A DNA stretch of 64,000 bases from contig JAPPHY010000007.1 in the NCBI GenBank assembly GCA_028877205.1, positions 166,280 to 230,279 of the forward strand, given 5' to 3'. Below, in pieces: positions 45,198 to 55,183 of this stretch. The number at the start of each line of letters is the position of its first letter. Positions within the stretch are counted from its first letter, which is position 1. The notes under the pieces were generated by a model that did no database searches, was not told where the DNA came from, and saw only the letters and a program-made list of their open reading frames with translations. Origin of the DNA: Chloroflexota bacterium (lineage in GTDB: Bacteria > Chloroflexota > Dehalococcoidia > Lucifugimonadales > UBA2985). The position numbers and the translations under genes were made by a program.

Positions 45198-47462
45198 ATG
45201 CTGACCTCCATTCTGCTGAGCGAGGCGCGCAGGCGCATTAGTTGGGGAGTGCACCTTGGAGCTCTGTGCCTAATGACTGCTACGTTGTCGGTGGCATGTG
45301 AAGGTGGGTCGCAGGTAACAAGTTCAACTCAGGTGAGCCAAAATCCGGAACCAACCTTCACACCGACAGCGTCTCCCGTTTCCATACCGACCAGTTCACC
45401 CAGTCCGATACCAACGCCAACTCCTACTACACCACCCACCAGTACGCCTACACCCGTTCCTACCCCAACACCCACCAGCGCGCCCACGGCCACTCCTACT
45501 CCAACACCCACCAGCGCACCCACGTCGACATCCACGCCTACTCCTGTGCCTGCGCCTACCAGCACACCCACTCCGGTGCCAACGGCAACTCCAAATCCCC
45601 GGGATGTGGCTGCCTCCCAATTGGCTGAGATCATTCCATGGTTCGAGGATCCCGAGGGAGCTGCTTCGGCCGACGCGGCTAGAATTCTTGTTGATCTCTT
45701 CCTAGACTATCCTGACGTTGGCAATACAGTCGCCAAGTTGCCTTGGGTTGTAGACGGAGCGTCTCAAGTAGAAGTGGACCTTTTGTGGAGTCTTCAGAGA
45801 ATCGCCGACGTGGATTCCGACCTGGCCGGGAGGATAATAGCCCTTCCCTGGCTAGCTAGCGACGTAACCAGTGACGGTCTGAGCGACCTCCAATCCTTCG
45901 ACAGAGTAGCTTCGCAGGACATTGAGTCAGCTAGGCAAATCGCTGCTATTCCCTGGTTCATGGATGGCCTGGACAGATACGAACAGAGCGCAATCAACCA
46001 TATCGGCAGCTTCATCGGATCGGCGGACGAACTCGACCGACGCCTAGCTCAGCAGGTCGTCAACGCAGGGTGGTTCACTGACGGCGTAACCTGGCGCAAG
46101 GCGTGGACGATAGGAGTCTTGGCCTCTGTTTCCAGAACGTATCGAGAGGTGCTACCTGCTATCGTCGAGTTTGATTGGGCATTCGACGACGACCTGACTT
46201 GGCACGAATTCAATGTGGTTACCAACATCAGGGACTTGGAGTTGTTCAATCCCGGCTCTGGAGTCATGCTTGTACAGTTCCAGTGGCTGTATGACGGCAT
46301 CACAGACAGCGAGGGTGGGGCGCTCTCCGTCATAAGGCACTTGGCGGAGTTCAACCCGGAGTTTAGCGTATGGCTAATCGAATCGCCCTGGGTGGCGGAC
46401 GGGATAACCTCCTATTCTGAAGTCCAGTTGATGCGTGGCTTGGGCAATATCTTCGCTGTGGCCGGTACCCTAGACCGCGATCCCTTTAAACTCTTGAGCC
46501 TTCTAGTGGATGAGGCTGACGGACCGTATAGTCCCATTGAGGGTATGCTGATGCGGAGCTTGGGACAGGGCTTGGAGGATGAGGAAACGAGACGCAAGCT
46601 CCTTGAAGAGATGATGGCCGCGGACTGGTTCGTCGACGGCCTGACGGATATCGAGAGGGTCCACATTATCGGCCTGAGTAGCGAAAACGCCTACTATCAG
46701 GAATGGCCGAATCTAAACTCGGAAAAGGTACATTCTAGGACGATTGACCTCCCGCTTGCAGGTGAGGTTAATCTCTGGCTGATGGAGGGCAGCACGGTGT
46801 CTTGGGAGAGCGCAATGTATTGGTTTGAAGAGGCCGTGAGGGGAGCGGAGCAGCTCATGGAGGAGCCGTTCCCCTTCAGCGAACTGGTCGTTGCGACGGT
46901 GGGGAGATACGACTATGACGGCAGGGCTCGCACTGTTGTCGGGCAGTCTTACGACGGAGGTCAACGCATCGAGATAGTCGACAATCTATCCGACAAAGGC
47001 ATGCGAGACGTCTTGCATCACGAAGTAGCCCATTCCTATTTCAATAGCCTGATGGGCCCCAAATGGTTCGCAGAGGCGGGGGCTGAGTACGTCCGCGAGT
47101 ATATACAGAAGTGGAAGGGTTACGCTGACCAGGACGCACACATTCGCGTGATGAATCTGGTCAGGGATGATTGCACGTCCAAGGGGGTCTTGCAGATTGT
47201 GGAGGCCCTCGTCGACAGCCCGGGAATACCGCCCTTCTGCAAGTTCAAGATTGGCCTACACCTGCTGCTCAGCCTGGAGAGGGAGATTGGGTTCGAGGCC
47301 GTAGTGGCGGCACTGGGAGATCTGCACCGCACGGGCCTGGCCAGCCAGGTTCCCAATAGCGATAGGGACATATATGAGGCCTTTCTTAGGCATACACCAA
47401 CAGGCAAAGAGAACAAGATGCAGGAAATCTGGGACAGGCTGTACGGCTCCTCCGACTGGTAG
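45198..47462 (+). CDS. Lipoprotein with Pro/Thr linker, W-x-x-D repeats and a C-terminal HExxH metallopeptidase-like domain
   Basis: LSVAC lipobox, about 80-residue PT tract, repeated PWxxDG units, HHEVAHSYF..WFAEAGAEY; lower GC than the nuo operon. Confidence 0.75.
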   Translation: MLTSILLSEARRRISWGVHLGALCLMTATLSVACEGGSQVTSSTQVSQNPEPTFTPTASPVSIPTSSPSPIPTPTPTTPPTSTPTPVPTPTPTSAPTATPTPTPTSAPTSTSTPTPVPAPTSTPTPVPTATPNPRDVAASQLAEIIPWFEDPEGAASADAARILVDLFLDYPDVGNTVAKLPWVVDGASQVEVDLLWSLQRIADVDSDLAGRIIALPWLASDVTSDGLSDLQSFDRVASQDIESARQIAAIPWFMDGLDRYEQSAINHIGSFIGSADELDRRLAQQVVNAGWFTDGVTWRKAWTIGVLASVSRTYREVLPAIVEFDWAFDDDLTWHEFNVVTNIRDLELFNPGSGVMLVQFQWLYDGITDSEGGALSVIRHLAEFNPEFSVWLIESPWVADGITSYSEVQLMRGLGNIFAVAGTLDRDPFKLLSLLVDEADGPYSPIEGMLMRSLGQGLEDEETRRKLLEEMMAADWFVDGLTDIERVHIIGLSSENAYYQEWPNLNSEKVHSRTIDLPLAGEVNLWLMEGSTVSWESAMYWFEEAVRGAEQLMEEPFPFSELVVATVGRYDYDGRARTVVGQSYDGGQRIEIVDNLSDKGMRDVLHHEVAHSYFNSLMGPKWFAEAGAEYVREYIQKWKGYADQDAHIRVMNLVRDDCTSKGVLQIVEALVDSPGIPPFCKFKIGLHLLLSLEREIGFEAVVAALGDLHRTGLASQVPNSDRDIYEAFLRHTPTGKENKMQEIWDRLYGSSDW

Positions 47463-47766
47463 TGTGAGCCTACTCACTCTCTCATAATAGGTGGTACAGG
47501 TTGAGTTGAGTGAGATATGACCGGAGTACCGATGCGGAGCATAATAGAGACAAAGAAGACAAGTGGAGTGGAGTGCAGCGTCGTTCCGCAGCTCCCAGAC
47601 AATCCTGCCCGGTGCTGAGTGGGGCTCCAAACAAGCGGCTGGTGCCCACTGAATGCCTGCACTGTTTGTCATGAGGTCGCCGTGATAGGATGCAACCGCC
47701 CAGCCCTGCCAGGCTGGCGATCATAGGACGGGGCGCCCATCGCAAGGCGAGTGTGAAGGGAGAGCC

Positions 47767-47991
47767 GTGAACGTAGAAGATAGTGTGACTCTAACGCTCC
47801 GGTACACAAGGGAGGAGGGTAAGTGGGTAGGCGTATGTGTCGAGTTGGGGACGAGCACATTCGGTAGGAACTTCGAGAGAGTCGCGGCGGACTTGGAAGC
47901 ATTGGTGGAAGAACACCTGAATCTCCTGGAAGAAGCTGGCGAGCGTGAGCGCTTTTTCTCAGAGAACGGGATTGAAATGATTCCCGCCTAG
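47767..47991 (+). CDS. HicB-like antitoxin (N-terminal domain only)
   Basis: EEGKWVGVCVELGTSTFGRNFE..LEALVEEHL pattern of HicB N-terminal domains. Confidence 0.6.
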   Translation: MNVEDSVTLTLRYTREEGKWVGVCVELGTSTFGRNFERVAADLEALVEEHLNLLEEAGERERFFSENGIEMIPA

Positions 47992-48002
47992 CCGAATCTT
48001 GA

Positions 48003-48125
48003 ACGGCGGTGAAGGATACGCGCGAGAATATCCCTCAGACGACACTCAGCCAAATCCTCGGCCCAAAGCAGACCGGACTCGGACGCGATGGCTTGGAGCG
48101 CTTGGAGAAACAGCACAACAAGTAG
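48003..48125 (+). pseudogene. C-terminal remnant of a HicA-like toxin
   Basis: Frame reads TAVKDTRENIPQTTLSQILGPKQTGLGRDGLERL..*, resembling the HicA IPxGTLxxIL(K)QxGL end; in-frame stop at 48000. Confidence 0.4.
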
Positions 48126-48188
48126 TTGCGACCTTGCGCCCCCTTGTACCACCGCCTCCGTTTTGATATGATGCATTGTCAATAGGCA

Positions 48189-48280
48189 GGAGGGATCGCA
48201 TAGAGGCCTAGTGCGGCCGCCTGCTAAGCGGTTAGGGGGCGAAAGCTCTCTCATGGGTTCGAATCCCATTCCCTCCGCCA
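48189..48280 (+). tRNA. tRNA-Ser (GCT)
   Basis: 92 nt, acceptor GGAGGGA/TCCCTCC, anticodon arm GCCGC-CTGCTAA-GCGGT, long variable arm, GGTTCGAATCC, G73, CCA. Confidence 0.96.
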
Positions 48281-48287
48281 ACGGGGT

Positions 48288-49616
48288 ATGCGCACGATGC
48301 CACAGACGCAGTTGAACCCCTCCAGCTATCATATCTGGACCATCGGCTGCCAGATGAACACAGCCGACTCCGAAAGGCTCGCCGGCGCCCTCGAGGGCAT
48401 GGGCCTTGAGGAGACCGCTCGCCCCCAGGACGCCGATGTCGTCGTGCTCAACAGCTGCGTGGTGCGCCAGAGCGCCGAGGACAAGGTGGTAGGCATGATC
48501 ACATCGCTCAAGCCCGTGATGCGGTCGAGCCCCGACCGCATTTTCGCGCTTATGGGGTGCATGGTCGGGCCGAACTCGACGCAGCTGCAGAAGCGGTTCC
48601 CCTACGTGGACGTGTTCATGCGACCGCAGCAGTACGAGCCTCTCATCGACCTGATCGGCGGCCGCCTCGGCATCGATGTCGACGGCTGCCTGCGCGACAT
48701 CGCGCCGCCCAGGCCGAGCGTCGCGACGCACGTGCCGGTCATCCACGGCTGCGACGAGTTCTGCTCGTTCTGCATCATCCCGTACCGCCGCGGCCGCCAG
48801 AAGAGCCGGCCCGTCGATGACGTGGCGCGCGAGGTGGAGCTGCTGGCCCGCCGGGGCGTCCGCGAGGTGACGCTGCTGGGCCAGACGGTCGACGCCTACG
48901 GCCACGACCTGCCGGACAGGCCCGACCTAGCCGACCTCTTCGAGGCCATCCACGACGTGGACGGGCTGGAGCGAATCCGCTTCCTGACCTCGCATCCCAA
49001 CTACATGAGCGATCGCATCATCGAGGCGGTGGCCGGCCTTCCCAAGGTGTGCGAGCACGTCAACCTGCCGTTCCAGGCGGGCGACGACCGCGTGCTGCGC
49101 GACATGCGCCGCGGCTACTCGTCCGACGACTACCGCAGGCTGGTGGAGCGCATTCGCGACGCCATTCCGGGCGTGTCGATGAGCACGGACGTGATCGTCG
49201 GCTTCCCGAGCGAGACGGACGACGAGTTCCGGTCCACGCTGGACCTCATACGAGACGTGCGGTTCGACAAGGTGCACGTGGCGGCCTACTCGGACCGCGA
49301 GGGCACCATCGCTCACCGTCGCATGGACGACGACGTGCCCCACGAGGTGAAGCGGGAACGCGTTCAGGAGATCGAGCTGCTGCAGGAGGCCGTCGCCGAG
49401 AGCATCAACGCAGGCCTGGCGGGACGAGTCGAGCCAGTGTTGGTGGAAGGCCCGAGTCGAGACGGGTGGCAGGGACGCACGCGCAGCAATAAACTGGTAT
49501 ACTTCTCCCACGACGGAGATCCGACGGGAGAGTTGGTTGACGTTCGGATTGAGCAGGCCGGCCCCTGGTCGCTAAGGGGCGCGGTTGCGGAGCAAGTCAT
49601 GAGCGGGTCGAGGTGA
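48288..49616 (+). CDS. miaB: tRNA-2-methylthio-N6-dimethylallyladenosine synthase
   Basis: GCQMN..DSE, NSCVVRQSAE, radical SAM GCDEFCSFC, TRAM domain. Confidence 0.93.
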   Translation: MRTMPQTQLNPSSYHIWTIGCQMNTADSERLAGALEGMGLEETARPQDADVVVLNSCVVRQSAEDKVVGMITSLKPVMRSSPDRIFALMGCMVGPNSTQLQKRFPYVDVFMRPQQYEPLIDLIGGRLGIDVDGCLRDIAPPRPSVATHVPVIHGCDEFCSFCIIPYRRGRQKSRPVDDVAREVELLARRGVREVTLLGQTVDAYGHDLPDRPDLADLFEAIHDVDGLERIRFLTSHPNYMSDRIIEAVAGLPKVCEHVNLPFQAGDDRVLRDMRRGYSSDDYRRLVERIRDAIPGVSMSTDVIVGFPSETDDEFRSTLDLIRDVRFDKVHVAAYSDREGTIAHRRMDDDVPHEVKRERVQEIELLQEAVAESINAGLAGRVEPVLVEGPSRDGWQGRTRSNKLVYFSHDGDPTGELVDVRIEQAGPWSLRGAVAEQVMSGSR

Positions 49617-49620
49617 GCCT

Positions 49621-50826
49621 ATGCCTACCACTGAGAAGGTACCATATATACCTCTGACGGAGGTCGAACAGTCGGCGTTCTGCCGTACCGATGAGACCCT
49701 GGACGTCAAGCCGCTGGCGGAGGAATTCGCCGCGGTGGTCAGCTGGCAGAGCATACCGTCCGAGTACCACTACATGGGCGGCGAGGAGCTGACGCGCCGG
49801 ATCCGATACGCCAGAGACATCCTGGCGGACCGGCTGGTGGTGCTGGGCCACCACTACCAGCGCGACGAGATCATCCAGTTCGCCGACTTCCGCGGCGACT
49901 CGCTCAAGCTGTCGCAGCAGGCGGCGGCACAGCCGCAGGCGGAGTTCATCGTCTTCTGCGGCGTCCACTTCATGGCGGAGACGGCGGACATACTCAGCGC
50001 GCCGCATCAGCAGGTTATCCTGCCCAACATCACGGCCGGCTGCTCCATGGCGGACATGGCCCGCACGGACGACGTGCTGGACTGCTGGGACGATCTGACG
50101 GAGGTGCTCGGCGAGGGCGGCATCATACCCATCACGTACATGAACTCCACGGCGGCCATCAAGGCGCTGTGCGGTCGCAACAACGGCATCGTGTGCACGT
50201 CTTCGAATGCGCCGGCGGTGATGCGCTGGGCCTTCGAGCGGGGCGAGCGCGTGGTGTTCTTCCCGGACCAGCACCTGGGTCGCAACACCGGCGTCAAGCT
50301 GGGCATACCGGTGGATGAGATGCTGGTGTGGAACCCGTTCAAGCCGCTGGGAGGACATACGGCTGAGGAGCTTCAGCGTTCGAAGGCCGTGCTGTGGATG
50401 GGCCATTGCTCGGTGCATACGCGGTTCAGCGTGGCGCAGATCAACAAGGCCAGGGCCGCGTACCCGGACATAAACGTGGTGGTGCACCCGGAGTGCGTGA
50501 AGGAGGTCGTGGATCTGGCCGACTGCGACGGCTCGACGGAGTTCATCATCAAGACGATCAACGAGGCGCCTTCCGGCAGCAAGTGGGCCGTGGGCACGGA
50601 GATAAGCCTGGTGAACCGGCTGGCGCAGGAAAACCCGGACAAGCTGGTGTTCTGCCTGGACTCGGTTGTGTGCCCGTGCTCGACGATGTATCGAACGCAC
50701 CCGGCGTACCTGCTGTGGTCGCTGGAGCGGCTGCTGGACGGCGAGGTGATCAACCGCATCACGGTCGACGACGAGACGGCGCACTACGCCCGCATATCGC
50801 TGGAGCGAATGCTGCAAGAGGTGTAG
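49621..50826 (+). CDS. nadA: Quinolinate synthase
   Basis: GHHYQ, FCGVHFMAET, GCSMAD, YMNS, HPEC, CPCSTM. Confidence 0.95.
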   Translation: MPTTEKVPYIPLTEVEQSAFCRTDETLDVKPLAEEFAAVVSWQSIPSEYHYMGGEELTRRIRYARDILADRLVVLGHHYQRDEIIQFADFRGDSLKLSQQAAAQPQAEFIVFCGVHFMAETADILSAPHQQVILPNITAGCSMADMARTDDVLDCWDDLTEVLGEGGIIPITYMNSTAAIKALCGRNNGIVCTSSNAPAVMRWAFERGERVVFFPDQHLGRNTGVKLGIPVDEMLVWNPFKPLGGHTAEELQRSKAVLWMGHCSVHTRFSVAQINKARAAYPDINVVVHPECVKEVVDLADCDGSTEFIIKTINEAPSGSKWAVGTEISLVNRLAQENPDKLVFCLDSVVCPCSTMYRTHPAYLLWSLERLLDGEVINRITVDDETAHYARISLERMLQEV

Positions 50827-50907
50827 GGGCGCGGGGCACCGTCGGACAATGGAAGCGAAGCCTGAGCGCAGCGGACCCGAGTGACTCGGGACCTATCCAC
50901 TAGCTTG

Positions 50908-51753
50908 ATGCAAATCACATCCTCGATTCGAGACATCGTCGAGCGGGCGCTTGTGGAGGACCTGGGCCACGGCGACGTCACCACGGACGCTCTCATACCG
51001 ACTGACGCGCGCGGGCAGGCGGTGGTGGTGGTCAAGGCCGACGGCGTAGTGGCGGGCCTGGAGGTCGCGCTCGAGGTGTTCCGACAGGTCGACGCGTCGA
51101 CCAGAGGGGCGATCCATGTGCCTGACGGAACGGCCGTATCGCCCGGCGACGTGGTTGCGGACGTCGAGGGGAGCGTGGCCGGCATCCTGAAGGCGGAGCG
51201 CGTAGCGCTCAACTTCCTGCAGCGTCTCAGCGGCATCGCCACGGCCACGGCCGCCTACGTGAGGGCAGTCCAGGACACGAAGGCCCGCATCATCGACACG
51301 CGCAAGACCGTGCCCGGCCTGCGGCAGCTGGAGAAGTACGCCGTGCGGGCGGGCGGCGGCCACAACCATCGCTACAACCTGGCCGACGGCATCCTTATCA
51401 AGGACAACCACATCGCTGCGCTGCGTGCGCGGGAGCTGGGGCTGGAGGAGATAGTGGACCTGGCCCGACAACGCTCACCGCATACGCTGCGGATTGAGAT
51501 CGAGGTGGAGACGGTGGAGGAGGCAGTGGAGGCGCTGGACGCGGGCGCGGACGCGGTGCTGCTGGACAACATGTCGCCGGAGGAGATGCGCCGCGTGGTG
51601 GAGATCTCGGGCGGCCGGGCGCTGCTGGAGGCGTCGGGAGGCGTGACGCTGGACACCGTGCGGGCTGTGGCGGAGACGGGCGTGGACCTCATATCGGTTG
51701 GCGCGCTGACACACTCGGTTCGGGCGCTGGACATCAGCCTGGACCTGGGGTAG
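50908..51753 (+). CDS. nadC: Nicotinate-nucleotide pyrophosphorylase (QPRTase)
   Basis: ERVALNFLQRLSGIAT, DTRKTVPGLR, LIKDNH, LLDN, ISVGALTHS. Confidence 0.96.
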   Translation: MQITSSIRDIVERALVEDLGHGDVTTDALIPTDARGQAVVVVKADGVVAGLEVALEVFRQVDASTRGAIHVPDGTAVSPGDVVADVEGSVAGILKAERVALNFLQRLSGIATATAAYVRAVQDTKARIIDTRKTVPGLRQLEKYAVRAGGGHNHRYNLADGILIKDNHIAALRARELGLEEIVDLARQRSPHTLRIEIEVETVEEAVEALDAGADAVLLDNMSPEEMRRVVEISGGRALLEASGGVTLDTVRAVAETGVDLISVGALTHSVRALDISLDLG

Positions 51754-51918
51754 AGGAGCGCGGGCAGGCCCGCTCCGACGCCTCGCCCGTCGATCAGATA
51801 AAGTCGGCAGCCGCGGCTGCATGCCCCACGCTCGCCAGCTTGCAATGGCTGCTCGACTGTGCGATACTCTCGCAGTTACGTGAAGGTGTGAGTAAAGGAC
51901 AGGGAGGAGCGCGCACGC

Positions 51919-52842
51919 ATGGTCGTTTCCGATGAGCGAGAGGTAGCCTCTCAACCGCAAGAGGCTCTAACCATGAAGTCTCTGCTGGAAGCAGGGGTCC
52001 ACTTTGGGCATCAGACTCAGAGATGGCACCCCCGCATGAAGCAGTACATTTTCTCGCAGCGCAACGGCATACACATCATAGACCTGCAGCAGTCCATGTC
52101 GCTGCTCAAGCGCGCTCAGCAGTTCGTATCGGACGTGGTGGCCGGCGGGCAGAGCGTACTGTTCGTGGGCACCAAGCGCCAGGCGCAGGACTCGGTCGAA
52201 CAGGCCGCCCGGAACTGCGGCATGTTCTTCGTGAAGCACCGATGGCTTGGCGGAACGCTCACCAATTTCCCGTCCATACAGGGGCGTATCGACTACCTTG
52301 TGCGCCTGGAGGAGCGACGCGCCAAGGGTGGCTTTGCCCTGCTCACCAAGAAGGAGGCGCTGAAGCTGGAGGACGAGGTGCAACGCCTCAACCGCAACTT
52401 CGGGGGCGTGAAGGAGATGACCACGCTGCCCGGGGCCCTCTTCGTGGTGGACATCGGCAGGGAGAAGATAGCCGTGGCCGAAGGGCGGCGAATGGGTATA
52501 CCCATAGTCGCGCTCGTGGACACGGACGGCGATCCCGACCTGGTCGACTACCCCATCGCCGCCAACGACGACGCCATTCGCTCCATCAGCCTCGTGACGG
52601 CCCGCATCGCCTACGCCGTGACGGAGGGTCTGCGCCGACGGGCCGAGCTTGCCAGCGCCGCTCAGGAGCTTGAGATGGCTGAGGAGGCGCTGGAGACGGG
52701 CGAGGCTGTGGAAGAAGAAGAGGAGGGCGAGACCCTGGTGGAGGTGGATCCGGAGGCCCTTGCTCGCGCCATGGCCGGAGATAGTGGCTCGTCGCCCAAT
52801 CCGGGGAACGCTAGCCAGGCCTCTTCGGAAGGGACCGCCTAG
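51919..52842 (+). CDS. rpsB: 30S ribosomal protein S2
   Basis: [28 protein letters not shown]; acidic C-terminal tail. Confidence 0.97.
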   Translation: MVVSDEREVASQPQEALTMKSLLEAGVHFGHQTQRWHPRMKQYIFSQRNGIHIIDLQQSMSLLKRAQQFVSDVVAGGQSVLFVGTKRQAQDSVEQAARNCGMFFVKHRWLGGTLTNFPSIQGRIDYLVRLEERRAKGGFALLTKKEALKLEDEVQRLNRNFGGVKEMTTLPGALFVVDIGREKIAVAEGRRMGIPIVALVDTDGDPDLVDYPIAANDDAIRSISLVTARIAYAVTEGLRRRAELASAAQELEMAEEALETGEAVEEEEEGETLVEVDPEALARAMAGDSGSSPNPGNASQASSEGTA

Positions 52843-52844
52843 CC

Positions 52845-53369
52845 ATGCCGGGAGTGTCGCTCGAGGCGATCAAGGACCTGAGGGAGCAGACCAGCGCGGG
52901 CGTCATGGACTGCAAGAACGCGCTGGAGGAGGCCGGCGGTGATATGGCGAAGGCGGTCGAGCTCCTGAGACAGAAGGGCCTGTCGATTGCCGCCAAGAAA
53001 TCGTCCAGAGACACGCTTGAGGGCGTGGTCGACAGCTACATCCACGCGGGCAGCCGCGTGGGCGCCATCGTGGAGCTAAACTGCGAGACGGACTTCGTGG
53101 CGCGGACGCCGGAGTTCAAGGAGCTTGCTCACAACCTGGCGATGCAGATCGCGGCCATGTCGCCTCGATACGTGGACGGCGAGGCCGCCGATGAGGACGA
53201 AGCCGCCGGCGCCGAGAGCCTCCTGCTCATGGAGCAGGCTTTCATCAAGGACCCTTCCCAGACGATCAGGGACGTTGTGAACGACGTGATGGCGCGCCTG
53301 GGCGAGAACATCCGCGTCCGGCGGTTCCAGCGGTTCGCGCTGGGCGAAGACGCGGCCGCGAGCGAGTAA
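52845..53369 (+). CDS. tsf: Elongation factor Ts (short form)
   Basis: LRE.T.AGVMDCKNAL, ELNCETDFVA, GENIRVRRF. Confidence 0.96.
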   Translation: MPGVSLEAIKDLREQTSAGVMDCKNALEEAGGDMAKAVELLRQKGLSIAAKKSSRDTLEGVVDSYIHAGSRVGAIVELNCETDFVARTPEFKELAHNLAMQIAAMSPRYVDGEAADEDEAAGAESLLLMEQAFIKDPSQTIRDVVNDVMARLGENIRVRRFQRFALGEDAAASE

Positions 53370-53426
53370 CGGGCGTCCCCGTTTACTCCGAGGTTGCGCC
53401 TGTCAGAGTCCCAAGATAGGACTCCG

Positions 53427-54287
53427 CTAATCGCGTTCGTCGTCTCTCATGCGCTGTTCCAGGCGCCGGAGAGTGGCCTGCGTGGTTCTTATCTCTCGCA
53501 GAAGCTCCTCACTGCTTGGGGGGCCTTCCAGTTTGCGCAACCGCTCCGTCTTCGCATCGTCCAGGCTGTTGATGATGATGGCTATGAACATGTTAATCAC
53601 CACAAAAGTGCCTACGACGACGAAGCTGACGAAGTACACCCAAGCCCACGGATACGCCTCCATGGCCGTGTACATGATGTCGGTCCAGTCCTCCAGCGTT
53701 AACACCCGGAAGAGGGACAGTAGCGAAATCCCCAAGTTGCGCCAGTGGACCGGGTCGTGCTCGTGGAACAGGTGGTAGCCCATGATGGCGTAGATGTAGA
53801 CCACAATGCTCATCAGGATCAGCACGTGGCCCACGCTGGGGATGGATCGCACGAGGGCGGCGACTATCAGGCGCAGGTCCTTGATGGTGGAGATGAGCCG
53901 CACAACCCGCAGCAACCGGAAGAGGCGAGTGACTATGGCAAACTCACCAGTGGCCGGGATCAGCGCCAGAACGATAACCGTGAAGTCGAAGACGTTCCAG
54001 CCGTCGGTGAAGTAGCGCAGCGGCCGCGGCCATCGGGCCGCCAGCTTCAACAGCGCCTCCACCACAAAGACGCCCAGAATTGCGTTGTTGGCCAGGTTGA
54101 GCCAGCTGCCGTAGTCTCGCTCGATGGCCGGCGACGTGCCGAGTCCGAGAAGCGCGGCGTTGAACAGGATTATTGAGATGATCAGGTACTCGAACCGGTT
54201 GGCCTCGACCAACCGCCGGCATCCATCCAACAGCCGGTTAGTCCCGGCCTGCGGAGTGGATTCTTCGGTTTCTTCTCGTTCGGTCAA
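53427..54287 (-). CDS. Bacterial voltage-gated cation channel (BacNav-like, 6TM)
   Basis: WNVFDF in S3, S4 RLFRLLRVVRLI, filter TLEDWTD, S6 NMFIAII, coiled-coil tail; TTG start at 54287. Confidence 0.9.
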   Translation of the reverse strand: MTEREETEESTPQAGTNRLLDGCRRLVEANRFEYLIISIILFNAALLGLGTSPAIERDYGSWLNLANNAILGVFVVEALLKLAARWPRPLRYFTDGWNVFDFTVIVLALIPATGEFAIVTRLFRLLRVVRLISTIKDLRLIVAALVRSIPSVGHVLILMSIVVYIYAIMGYHLFHEHDPVHWRNLGISLLSLFRVLTLEDWTDIMYTAMEAYPWAWVYFVSFVVVGTFVVINMFIAIIINSLDDAKTERLRKLEGPPSSEELLREIRTTQATLRRLEQRMRDDERD

Positions 54288-54555
54288 AGCTCTGTCTGCG
54301 AGGGGTGTGTGATTTGCCTCAGGCGGGATGCTTCTGCAGTCTCGGCCTAGCGCCAGGGTGGGTATCCGGTAACCGGAGATGGCCCCGCAGGCAGCGGCCA
54401 CTGCAATCTTACACCACCCGGCTTGAGACGGGCAAAGACCGTCGGCTCCTCAAGGCTTTATCGGCGGGCTTTTCCTATGCTACACTTCCTTTGACGCTGC
54501 CAGATTGGCATCAACGGAGTAGCCGCACGACATTCTCGCAAGGGGAGCGTGACTC

Positions 54556-55119
54556 ATGGCCACGATTAGGGAGGTCCTCGAAGAGGGCGACCAGAGGAAG
54601 AAGCGGTCGGTGGAGGCTCTCAAAAGGGAGCTCGCCACCGTCAGGACAGGCCGGGCCAACCCGGCGCTGGTCGAGAACGTGATGGTGGACTACTACGGCA
54701 CATCCACGCCGCTCAACCAGCTGGCATCGATCACGGCGGCGGAGGCGCGTCTGCTAGTAGTGCAGCCCTGGGACCGGCAGAGCCTACCCGCCGTGGAGAA
54801 GGCCATTCAGAAGCTCAGCATTGGGCTGAACCCCATCAACGACGGCAACGTGCTGCGACTGGCCATCCCGCAGCTCACGGAGGACAGGCGCAAGGAGTTG
54901 GTTCGCCTCGTTCGCAAGAAGGTGGAGGACGGACGCGTCGAGGTGCGCAACATCCGCCGTGACGTCCTGGAGCAGCTGAGAGGCATGGAGCGTGAAAAGG
55001 AGATCTCGCAGGACGAGGGCAAGCGCGCGCAGGACCAGCTCCAGAAGATGACAGACCTGTACGTGGGCGAGATGGACGGCCTGGGCTCCGACAAGGAGAA
55101 GGAGGTCATGGAGGTCTAA
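54556..55119 (+). CDS. frr: Ribosome recycling factor
   Basis: RTGRANP, YYG..TPLNQLA, IPQLTEDRRKEL, VRNIRR. Confidence 0.97.
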   Translation: MATIREVLEEGDQRKKRSVEALKRELATVRTGRANPALVENVMVDYYGTSTPLNQLASITAAEARLLVVQPWDRQSLPAVEKAIQKLSIGLNPINDGNVLRLAIPQLTEDRRKELVRLVRKKVEDGRVEVRNIRRDVLEQLRGMEREKEISQDEGKRAQDQLQKMTDLYVGEMDGLGSDKEKEVMEV

Positions 55120-55183
55120 GACTTCTCCGCAGCTCGCGTAACGGGCTGCCCCAACCGCGGCGCGGAGCCGGACCGAAGGACCA

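Noticed and set aside
45350-45600. Low-complexity C/A-rich tandem DNA repeat
   Set aside because: Explained by the Pro/Thr linker codons of the lipoprotein.
47463-47766. Possible ncRNA or short ORFs after the lipoprotein
   Set aside because: No convincing long stems or coding signal could be established by eye.
49621-51753. nadA-nadC without nadB as a novel NAD pathway
   Set aside because: nadB or an alternative is often unlinked; cannot be judged from this window.
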